The notes under the pieces were generated by a model. The model worked only from the letters and a program-made list of their open reading frames with translations, had not been told where the DNA came from and did not search any database. This document shows, piece by piece, positions 19,301-27,100 of a stretch of 54,809 bases of DNA (position 1 is the stretch's first letter; each line of letters starts with the position of its first letter). This stretch comes from a virus. The position numbers and the translations under genes are program-made. The DNA lies in IMG/VR virus record IMGVR_UViG_3300045988_019169, positions 1 to 54,809 of that record; one strand, written 5' to 3'.

Positions 19301-19453
19301 GGAGCACAAGCTTTCAGTCAGTTCAAAGCTCTCTTGATGCAGTTCTGTGTTGGTTATGGTTACGGTTCCGTCATCAGTTGTGATAACAAACTGCTTATTC
19401 ACATTCTGACGATAAAACAAGTCTTGTAAGGTGTAATCAACCATTGTATACAC
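16331..19453 (-). CDS. tail fibre/spike with internal 170-aa duplication and C-terminal S74 intramolecular-chaperone domain
   Basis: SDIRYKNDIKYL..HLGFIAQDIEKA..LIALCVWQIQKLKARL; repeats at 17810-18199 and 17300-17689. Confidence 0.85.
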   Translation of the reverse strand: MYTMVDYTLQDLFYRQNVNKQFVITTDDGTVTITNTELHQESFELTESLCSESELTFGACEAATVKFTISNIFTSLKDKWITVKIILDGNSDNSFILGRYKVVSDKPTADRIKREIEAYDALYDVINADVVDWYNSILPTTDTYITFKTFRDSFFAHFGIAQKEITLANDTMTVSRAVDTDELSGGQVLNAICEINGCLGHIGRSGQFEYVYLDNTSPITIDKNHYTSADYQDYIVSQIDKLQIRQDENDIGAIVGTGSNTYVIENNFLVYGKDAATLKTIATNIFDKIKGITYRPAEISSSGNPCIEVGDAIKLSSKYAEINTYVLERILKGIQALTDSYTAQGEQLRTTQVNSSNKSITQLKGRVNRLIRDVDQNKAEISNVEAGLKNEITQTASELDVKIQSLQSQIDGEITVINGHGVPTLYNYPAYNWVAGPKVGDVLVEGTKFTYSDEVYRKHQRTLFFDEDTATTYRFIKKDDMWIWEPIADTEYSVIQKQIADLNVTAQGITQSVEQLSTKVTNEYITQIDAETLVATTADGIKEDISKTYTTRDYVNTLSAEFNRTAEGLTAQISEVNEALDGANEVYTIQGTPTLQNYPAYNWTSGPVVGDKLTQGLRFTYSDASYKKHNRALVYDEVAGKTYRFIKSGATWGFSDVGDTEFSWVNKKLAEYKATADGLSADLSKFETKVNSDYITKIDAQASIKLSADELKEDFSKTISNYSTTTQMNLAISESAEGIKFEISKSYATKKTVDDMKTTLDATAEGLSAKVEKKELITEINASAEQVKIASSKLDLQGLVTISSLKESGQTIINADNITTGTIKALTISGCNIMGSAVAFTNDSGGWNTIINSVGWWMVGKNPATGEENALDTPAYFMDTSGKQSMYVGGLLRFRNEAEFFTGAYASGSGAYYSQRARWYNVALMANSTSDIRYKNDIKYLDDEEKMEELFNSLSPAAFYYNKGTGYIETQRHLGFIAQDIEKAIANLGITNDMALFDHEDEEKLGVDKQELIALCVWQIQKLKARLYELEKKQEEKYEQ

Positions 19454-19886
19454 CTCCTATAAAAGACATGTGGAATGAGCTGTAATGAAGCTCACCGCCG
19501 TATGTGCCGTATATTTGCGGTTGAAAGTCGGCAAGGTAGCCTTTTTGCGTTACATAATCGTTGTACTCAGGAATAAAAGCTGTGATTATACACTCTCTAC
19601 CCCTTGAATTAGTGTAACTGTTACGAATGTTCGACATAAGCTCCTCTAATTCACTGCCTGTCAGCATGGCACGCACATCAAACTCAACCTTTAGTGCTTT
19701 CAATTCCACGGCGTTACGGTGCAGATAGCCGTTAGCATCCGGGTAATCGTCTATGTCTTGCATGTTCACATACACCTTATATGTGTCAGCCTTGATAAAT
19801 TTTTGCGGGATGATATATTCTCCCACCTTAATTAAGAAACCGCCGTATGCCACCTTTACCGCCTTTCTAGGACATAATAAAAGCAC
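19437..19886 (-). CDS. distal-tail (Dit)-like protein; start uncertain (GTG)
   Basis: Position immediately upstream of the fibre gene. Confidence 0.45.
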   Translation of the reverse strand: MLLLCPRKAVKVAYGGFLIKVGEYIIPQKFIKADTYKVYVNMQDIDDYPDANGYLHRNAVELKALKVEFDVRAMLTGSELEELMSNIRNSYTNSRGRECIITAFIPEYNDYVTQKGYLADFQPQIYGTYGGELHYSSFHMSFIGGVYNG

Positions 19887-19902
19887 CTATCAATGATAGA
19901 TG

Positions 19903-20649
19903 CTAAAATGCTATGTCCTGTCCTGTCTTATTAGTAATGAACGCTCCTTTGTAGCCGGACGCTAACAGCCTGAGCCTTGTTGCCGTAGCACGCCAGTAAG
20001 CCTCGTATGCTCCGACCTGTACATGGTAGTTGCCCTCATAGTACTTGATTATCGCACTGTAACCCTTGCTCCTAACGTCCTTAGCCATGTTGATTGCGTA
20101 ATTCTTATTGACAAAAGCTCCGACCTGTACACGATAGTACTTATCTGTGGTTGCCACCGTCTGCCCCGGTAAATCAGCGTTGATGTATGGTGTCGGGTCT
20201 ACCCAGTCAAACTTGGACGTGTTCATAAAGGAGTTAGCTCCCCAGAAATCACTAGCGTTGACAGTATAAGGTTTCTTGTACTTGCGAACCTCAAAGTGAA
20301 GATGTATGCCTGTTGAATGACCGGTGTTGCCAACAACGCCAATCACATCACCACGCTTAACAACATCACCTGTCTTGACCTTAAGCTCTCTCATGTGTCC
20401 GTAGCCAGTCACATAGTTGCCATTATGCAGAATCCATACGGCATTGCCATAGCCGTCACCGTTACCTGCGTAAAGCACTGTGCCGTCCGAATGAGCCACA
20501 ATACTGCTCGGAATGTATCTGTTGTCCTTTTGCGGCACAAGGTCAATTCCCTGTGCATAACCGCCATTCTTGACCGCCTCAACGTGCCGTGCGTAGGTCT
20601 GCGTTACAGCATAGCCTTGAACTGCAAATACTCTGTTACCGATATTCAT
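19903..20649 (-). CDS. M23 peptidase with C-terminal SPOR domain (tail lysin or endolysin)
   Basis: GYGHMRELKV..GDVIGVVGNTGHSTGIHLHFEV and YYRVQVGAF..YHVQVGAY. Confidence 0.85.
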   Translation of the reverse strand: MNIGNRVFAVQGYAVTQTYARHVEAVKNGGYAQGIDLVPQKDNRYIPSSIVAHSDGTVLYAGNGDGYGNAVWILHNGNYVTGYGHMRELKVKTGDVVKRGDVIGVVGNTGHSTGIHLHFEVRKYKKPYTVNASDFWGANSFMNTSKFDWVDPTPYINADLPGQTVATTDKYYRVQVGAFVNKNYAINMAKDVRSKGYSAIIKYYEGNYHVQVGAYEAYWRATATRLRLLASGYKGAFITNKTGQDIAF

Positions 20650-20683
20650 AGTCTTATCCCTCCATGTGTCTAATTTATCTAAT

Positions 20684-20709
20684 AAAAAAGACAGCCCTTG
20701 TGGACTGCC
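20684..20709 (-). terminator. leader terminator upstream of the tail-tip operon (strand-specific; G-U pairs form only on the - strand RNA)
   Basis: GGCAGUCC ACAA GGGCUGUC followed by UUUUUU. Confidence 0.55.
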
Positions 20710-20776
20710 CTTTATATTATCTATATAATTTACTGTTTTTTATTAATATATATATTTATATATAATATATATACAT

Positions 20777-20849
20777 ATTAATCTTATCTATACTATTCTT
20801 ATCTAATCTAGGTTACGCTTTGTTTACAGAGTGTATGCAGATTTTAGTA
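20777..20849 (-). promoter_or_regulatory. conserved late-region element, copy A (homologous to 43560-43637)
   Basis: Shares ATTAATCTTA, TCTTATCTAATCT, AGGyTACrCTTTGTTkACAG, TGTATrC, GATTTTA with copy B. Confidence 0.5.
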
Positions 20850-20871
20850 TAGTAAATCGTAAAAGTAATTT

Positions 20872-20905
20872 TAATTAAAAACAGCACCCCATTTCTAGGG
20901 TGCTG
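20872..20905 (-). terminator. intrinsic terminator after the ORF6N gene
   Basis: CAGCACCC/GGGTGCTG stem followed by a T-run on the - strand. Confidence 0.7.
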
Positions 20906-20910
20906 TCTGT

Positions 20911-21615
20911 TCATTTATTTTCTTCCTCAATCACTTTAATCAAGTCATTCAACCACCATGTAGCCATTGCCGATAATTGAGGAAAATAGTCCACAATATC
21001 AAGTGGGTACTGCGGTGCGTGTCCAGTCTCCGCTTCGTATATCTTCTTTGCCGCATCTAGGTCATATTCTTCACCTATGCGCTTTAAAAGCCTGTGGCAA
21101 ACGTACGAAAGCTTGCAATTCGTCTTGTACGCTACCCATTCAAGGTTGCTTCTGTTGCGCATATACCAACTCTTGACCTTAGGCACCAGTGTATTGCTTG
21201 TGTTGTACTTGGTGTCCTCAACCTGCACCGGTGCAACCGCTGTCTGCGGCTGTGCCTTAGCCTTGAAGTATGCGTTTACAAGCTGTCGCTGTACCTGCCA
21301 TGCTAAATCATCGGTAAAACCTTTAACAACCATCAAATACCCGCTTTCAGTTAAAAGATATGTTTTCAGATTAGGATTTCCAACTATTTTTTCGTTAGGG
21401 GACAACTTGTCCCCTAAGTCTTTCCTTGTTAGTTCAAAGTAATCTTCATTTAAAATAAAGTGACTTTTATATCTTTCAAAAGTTCTCTTGCTGGACCCTG
21501 ACTTCTTCTGGTGAACAAAATCTATATCCCTAAGCGTAACTACTCTTTCACCATTGTATTCCTTAATAGATAGCTCTGTTCCCTCAATCTTTACAAGCTC
21601 TGCCATATCACTCAC
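20911..21615 (-). CDS. ORF6N/KilA-N-type antirepressor-like protein
   Basis: IKEYNGERVVTLRDIDFVHQK..FERYKSHFILNEDYF..LLTESGYLMVVK. Confidence 0.7.
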   Translation of the reverse strand: MSDMAELVKIEGTELSIKEYNGERVVTLRDIDFVHQKKSGSSKRTFERYKSHFILNEDYFELTRKDLGDKLSPNEKIVGNPNLKTYLLTESGYLMVVKGFTDDLAWQVQRQLVNAYFKAKAQPQTAVAPVQVEDTKYNTSNTLVPKVKSWYMRNRSNLEWVAYKTNCKLSYVCHRLLKRIGEEYDLDAAKKIYEAETGHAPQYPLDIVDYFPQLSAMATWWLNDLIKVIEEENK

Positions 21616-21721
21616 CCCACTTCTCTAAGAATAATCTTACAAATGTAGCAAGATATTCCAGTGTGCCGCCACTTGTTATGCTGTCAATCAGCTTGTGAAG
21701 TATTGCTCTGTTTTCTTCCAT
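21608..21721 (-). CDS. candidate 37-aa ORF
   Basis: MEENRAILHKLIDSITSGGTLEYLATFVRLFLEKWGE; TAATG overlap with the upstream ORF. Confidence 0.3.
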   Translation of the reverse strand: MEENRAILHKLIDSITSGGTLEYLATFVRLFLEKWGE

Positions 21722-21846
21722 TACTGATTGCCTCCCTTCTCGTTCCCGGCTAACACATTCGTGTATGCCAGTACGCACTTTAGGAAGTGCAAGTTGATGT
21801 GTTCTAAATTACTGATAATTGACTTGATAATCTGCTCTTTCGTCAT
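21721..21846 (-). CDS. candidate 41-aa ORF
   Basis: MTKEQIIKSIISNLEHINLHFLKCVLAYTNVLAGNEKGGNQ. Confidence 0.3.
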   Translation of the reverse strand: MTKEQIIKSIISNLEHINLHFLKCVLAYTNVLAGNEKGGNQ

Positions 21847-21973
21847 ATCATACCATTCCTTTCCAAAAAAACCTTGATTTTCCGCAAAAGGAATGATAGT
21901 ATAGATTTATCAATTCCTTTGCGGATTGGCGTACTAGAGTGGTTGCTTGACCGTCAAATCATTAGCAACCGCT

Positions 21974-22153
21974 CTATTTTTTTATTGACCTTTGGTACTC
22001 GCTTTCTATACCATTTCTGACAACATCTGATTTTGTGATATTCAGATTCCTTGATGCAATTTCCAGTTTCTCAACCATATCATCATCAAGTCTAACTCTG
22101 AGCATCGTGTCTTTGTTGTTATCAGTCTTAGGTCTGCCTGTTCTTGGCGACAT
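21974..22153 (-). CDS. ribbon-helix-helix (CopG-like) protein, 59 aa
   Basis: MSPRTGRPKTDNNKDTMLRVRLDDDMVEKLEIASRNLNITKSDVVRNGIE. Replaces the out-of-frame track ORF 22042-22245. Confidence 0.6.
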   Translation of the reverse strand: MSPRTGRPKTDNNKDTMLRVRLDDDMVEKLEIASRNLNITKSDVVRNGIESEYQRSIKK

Positions 22154-22271
22154 TTAATCACCTCTCTTCTTTTTGTCGCTACAATAAATATAATACTGTC
22201 GCTACAAAAAGTCAAGCACTTTTTTAAAATATTTTTCGCAAACAAAAAGGAGCTTCTCAGCTCCCTCTTGC

Positions 22272-23066
22272 TTATCTTCTTCCATCTAAATAAAACTCCA
22301 CTCGGTCAAAAGTTTCAGAACAGTTTAACTGCTTTGAAATAGATTTTCCCGGTTTTAATTCGCTGTCATCATCAGTAAAATAAGTATAGTCCCAATCTAC
22401 CGGCTCTTTGCCATTAAAAAATATTGCATAGCCTTCAACAAACCTTGCTGCTTTATCGCCATTATTAGTTACCTCATATATTGCACCATCTTTTATGAGT
22501 GTTTCCGTGTAGGATAAATCCTGTATAACCGATTCGTACCAACCATCTGTTTTTGTTGATATTTCGGTGTCACAATAAGCAATTTCAGCATCCGTATCAA
22601 ACATTTCTGTTATTATGGATGTGCAACCCGAACCTAAAGCGTCAAATTCAGCATCGTCAACGCTTACAAGTGAGCCATCTGCTGTATATGCCTTTGAATT
22701 TGCTGTAACATTTAAGGTCTTATCCGTATTGTTCTTTACAATGACAAAATGAAACGTACAAGCATAGCTGGGAATATTATATTCTGCAACTATCTCAACG
22801 TCACTGTTCTCTTGTTCAGTGGTTTTTACAGCTTCTGTTGTAACTTCTTGTGTCAATGCGTCTTTTTCTGTAGTTGTCGGTGCTTGTGTAGTTTCAGCTT
22901 GGGTAGCTTCCTGACTGGTAGTCTCTTTTTGCTTTGCCAGTTCAGCTTCAAGTGACTGCTTTTCCGCCATAAGGCTATCATATTCAGCTTGCGAACTGTT
23001 GTTAGATGAACAGCCCATAATCAATGCGGCAGATAAAATAATTGCTCCGATTTTTAATCTTCTCAT
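22272..23066 (-). CDS. lipoprotein (moron; possible superinfection exclusion)
   Basis: MRRLKIGAIILSAALIMGCSS signal plus lipobox; AAGGAGGG Shine-Dalgarno. Confidence 0.75.
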   Translation of the reverse strand: MRRLKIGAIILSAALIMGCSSNNSSQAEYDSLMAEKQSLEAELAKQKETTSQEATQAETTQAPTTTEKDALTQEVTTEAVKTTEQENSDVEIVAEYNIPSYACTFHFVIVKNNTDKTLNVTANSKAYTADGSLVSVDDAEFDALGSGCTSIITEMFDTDAEIAYCDTEISTKTDGWYESVIQDLSYTETLIKDGAIYEVTNNGDKAARFVEGYAIFFNGKEPVDWDYTYFTDDDSELKPGKSISKQLNCSETFDRVEFYLDGRR

Positions 23067-23067
23067 A

Positions 23068-23316
23068 TTATCTGCCCTCCTTGCTGTCAAGGTGCTTTCT
23101 GATTGCGTGGACATCAAAGCAAAGTCTTATACCCAAAAATAAGCAAAACAGGCTTAAAAAAATGCCTATTATCCACAATAAAATCATAAATCTACCAGTT
23201 AAAGCCAAAAATACACCTAACAAAAAAGCTAAACCAAGCAGTATGGATATTACATTTATTTTGATATCCTCACTGCTTTTGCTTTGATTGTCGGTTTTAG
23301 TAGTTTTTTCTTCCAT
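23068..23316 (-). CDS. small two-TM membrane protein
   Basis: ISILLGLAFLLGVFLALTGRFMILLWIIGIFLSLFCLFLGI. Confidence 0.65.
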   Translation of the reverse strand: MEEKTTKTDNQSKSSEDIKINVISILLGLAFLLGVFLALTGRFMILLWIIGIFLSLFCLFLGIRLCFDVHAIRKHLDSKEGR

Positions 23317-23322
23317 ATAACA

Positions 23323-23374
23323 ATACCTCCCATATTTGTGTAGTGGCTTAATACTACTACTTTATGGGAGGTAT
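23323..23374 (-). promoter_or_regulatory. 12-bp anti-SD hairpin sequestering the ribosome-binding site of gene 23068-23316
   Basis: ATACCTCCCATA (23374-23363 on the - strand) pairs with TATGGGAGGTAT (23334-23323), 6 nt before the ATG. Confidence 0.55.
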
Positions 23375-23441
23375 GTCAATTCATGCGACAAGTAATTTTT
23401 TGGTCGGATTGGTGGTTTACGAGGGATTTCTATGAATGGCA

Positions 23442-24035
23442 TTAAGAAATCCTGTGAATTTTTACGTTTTTTTCTTTAGCAAGCTTAATAATGTCTTTTT
23501 CTACATCAGAAAATTCACACAAGAAATACTCTCCATTTTTTCTACAATTTTTGTATTTTTTGTGAAGCAGATTTTCTAGTTTTTCAGAATCATCAAAATT
23601 ATCTGTAAATAGAATTTTTTCTATATCCATTCCAGAAGCATGTTTTAATTGATTAACTCTCTTTTCTACATCTGCGGCAATTCCAATTTTGACTGTTCCG
23701 TTGCTCATTTTTAGCAAGTACAGGCTTTTACTTGATGTGTTTGACTTCACATTTATCATGTTCTTTAAAATTTCTTCTCGCACCGCATAAATCATAAAAG
23801 GATATAAATCACTTCCTGCTTCTAGCAAATAAGCTTCGTAAGCTTCTAACAAGAGCAAAGCCGAATTGCAATAGGCTTTGTTAAAGCTTGCGTATACAGC
23901 ACTTTCTAACAATATTTCCGGCTTTCCAATTCCATCCCGAATGAACCTTGACAATTTTTCAGCCAACTCATAATTTGTTTCTGACAAATACTCATACAAA
24001 AATTTTAAATTTTCTGTGTAATCTTGAACGCCCAT
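23442..24035 (-). CDS. T5orf172 (GIY-YIG-like) domain protein
   Basis: LYLLKMSNGTVKIGIAADVEKRVNQL..LENLLHKKYKNCRKNGEYF. Confidence 0.6.
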   Translation of the reverse strand: MGVQDYTENLKFLYEYLSETNYELAEKLSRFIRDGIGKPEILLESAVYASFNKAYCNSALLLLEAYEAYLLEAGSDLYPFMIYAVREEILKNMINVKSNTSSKSLYLLKMSNGTVKIGIAADVEKRVNQLKHASGMDIEKILFTDNFDDSEKLENLLHKKYKNCRKNGEYFLCEFSDVEKDIIKLAKEKNVKIHRIS

Positions 24036-24068
24036 ATTGTCTCCTCATTGATGATTTGTAATAAAAAC

Positions 24069-24107
24069 CCTCAACAGATACGTCATGCACCTGTTGAGGA
24101 TTTTTTT
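24069..24107. terminator. bidirectional terminator after the tape measure gene
   Basis: CCTCAACAG/CTGTTGAGG stem with T-runs on both strands. Confidence 0.75.
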
Positions 24108-27100
24108 AAAATGTGTAAGCGTCACGCCCTGTCCGCTTAAAAAAGTCTCTTGCATACTCTCTTGAAGCTTTGCCTATATCGCTTTTGCTTATGCCGTATT
24201 CCTTGGCAAGTATGCGTTGCAATAACTCGTTCTGCTCTCTCAGTAGTGCGTTTGTCTCGGCATTGTCCACACTTGAACTTGTGTTGTAATAGTTCTGCGT
24301 TGTGGTACTTGTCGATGTGCTTACGCTCGGTGTGTAATCAGCATAACCGCTGTACAACTGCTGTGGGTGTACCGCTTCAACCATGCCAAAGCCAAAATCC
24401 TTAACGGATAGCTCTGTTGGCTTATAGAGGCTTTCCATACCCTCTTTAAAGCCCTCTGTGGTGTAGGCACCAAGCTCAAACATAACCCTTGATGGTGAGT
24501 GAATGTCAAGGGCGGATTGGATAGTCTTTGCTACGTTCTTGGCTATCTCGTCTGCCTTGCTGTATACTGACTGCTCCATTGAGGTCAAGCCATTAAGGAA
24601 CCCGCTCATTGTTTGCACGCCTATATTGGTAATAGGTTTTAACAATGCAAGCTGAAAGCCATTAAGCAATTTAGTAGCGTAAGTTTGCATTGCACTTAAT
24701 GACTGTTTTGTGTTGTTCGATATGCCCTGGTTGTAACCAAGAACATCATATAGAGCAAGTTTAGCAAACTCCTTAGACGGACTGTTAATGTCGTGTGATG
24801 TAGCAAGACCATTCAAGAGACTATCTCCAACACCAATCATTAATCTATTAAGCTTCGGCTCATACTTTTTCATTGCGTCCGTATAACCGCTTACGTCATA
24901 CCCTGCCATGTCCGCAAATGCCTTAGTTGTAATGTCTGAATTGGCTAATATGGCATTACCAAGAGTATTTGCAGTTCGCATCGCCCATCCGCTTACGTCA
25001 TTCTCAGACAATGTAGCATTCTCAAGCCACCGCTGATACAGGTGATTATCTTTAGATGGTTCAATATTAAGAGCTTCCATTCCTTTACTAAGAGCATCTG
25101 AAATTGGTTTAAAAGTATTTTTGTCAAAGCTCTTAGCCACGTCCTGAATAGGATTCTTGAATAGTTCGGCAATGCCCCAGTCTTTAGTTTGTGCGTTCTG
25201 GAAAGCTTCAACTCCTGCTTTCTCAACTTGTGACTGAATATAATCGAAAGTTGTACTTATCTGTGACGTAATATTATTCTTTTCTTCATCCCAGTTAGCA
25301 CTTTGAGCTTCTTTGTACTGGCTAATCCAATCAAGATATGTAGAGGCTTCCTCTGGCGTGATTCTGCCTATTTCAAGGGCGCGCTCGGTGGATATTTTCC
25401 ATTCGTTTGCTCGGTCCATAAGGCTCTTATAATACTCATCAACCTCATTGAGCTTTGTTTGCCCTGCTTCTGTAATATCCGCTATAGCCTTAGTGGTTTC
25501 TTCGACACTTCCGAAATTAATATTCATCATGTCGCTAACGGTATTTTCTAATTCTACTTGACGTTTAATTGCCGCTTCACTCAGATAATTCATGTCATCA
25601 AGAAGCGAATTGAGAGCGTCTACATCGGCTTGTGTGGCAGTACCACTAAGTATTTTATCGAAAATGACATTTGCTTGTGTTTCCATGTCAGTGTATATGC
25701 CATTAAACTTTGCATTGAACTGAGACAAAATAGTTGTCATGGTTCCTACATCAATACCTAATTGCTCAGCAGTCTGACTAGACATATTCTGTAACGCTTG
25801 CCATGCCATATCAGAGTTTACTTGCAAATCATCACGCAACGCCGAAGCTAAGTTACCGACAGCTGTTTTCATATTCTCAATGTCATTATCTGTCACATTT
25901 TCAAGCCCTAAATTATCAAAACGGAATTTAAGGTTGTCAACTTCTTCACTTGCATTTTGTAAATTGGTGTTAACCCTTTCGAGTTCCGTAGCAAAGTTTG
26001 TCATGTCCTCACTTGATGTGCCGGTCGAATCAATAAGCTCAATCACGCTTTGGGCAATATTGCTTATTGCGGTTCCTTGATTGTCGAACACGCTTGCGTC
26101 AACAAATTTATCAACCATGTTGTCATAAGCTTGTTCAACAGATATAATAGCTCCTGCCACCGCTGCCAATGCACCAACAGCAAGCACTACATAGCCGCCT
26201 GTGCTCAATGAAGCTATCGCTGTACCAAGTTTACCAACACCCTCGCCAACACTAACCGGCTTTGCACTTGAAATTTTCAAAATTGCATCTGCAAATTTAC
26301 CTAAGCCGGTATTTATACCGCTTGCAATAGCAGAATAAGCTTTAAAGGCAAGAAGAGCTGTTGCGACGCCACCTAAAGCACCACCCAATGTATGCCACAC
26401 TGGAGCCGGAACTAAATTAAGTGCTTTAAATAATATTTCTACGGCACCACCTAAAAGATTGATAGCAGGCGCACCGATATTGGATAAACCCTCGATAAAA
26501 TCCAAAAAGCCTGTGCCTGTACCAACTGTAAACTTTTTAGCAAAGTCCAAAATGCCGTTAAAGCCGTTTTTAAGCTTCTTCCAGTCAACTTTACCGCCCC
26601 ATGTTTTAAGCGGTTTAAACATGCGCTCAAAAAAGCCTTGCACTTTATCAGCCCATGCCTCAGCCTTATTCTCCATCTTGTCAAAAGCATCGTTCCATAC
26701 TTTCTCGTACTCCTCGGTTGCTTTTACTATCTCGTCTGTGAGGTCGATTGTGTCACCTGTGCCAGTGGAAGCACCGCTTTTACTTGTTCCTGTGGTTCTA
26801 TTTTCAAGTTCGTCAAATCCACGAACACCCTTTTGTGCCTTGTCAGTCGCCTTAGCCACATCGTCATAGCCATTTGCCATATCCTCTAAGCCGTCCGTGG
26901 TGTCCTTATAGCCATTCTGCCCGAAAGCATCAAAATCAATCTTAACACCCATAAGGCTTGCAACGCCCACAAGCATACGTTTGATTGCGATTGTTGTACC
27001 ATTGACAACAGGCATAACCTTTTGAAGGACAGGTATAAACAACTGCCCGAGAACCATACTTGTTTCTTTGATATTTGTGTTGAATTGCCTAATCATGTTA

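Noticed and set aside
16331-19453. Diversity-generating retroelement acting on the tail fibre
   Set aside because: No reverse transcriptase ORF exists anywhere in the window. The internal repeats are diverged at all base types rather than showing adenine-specific template/variable repeat differences.
22042-22245. 67-aa track ORF
   Set aside because: A different frame on the same strand (21974-22153) gives a convincing ribbon-helix-helix protein with a proper start, so the tracked ORF is likely spurious.
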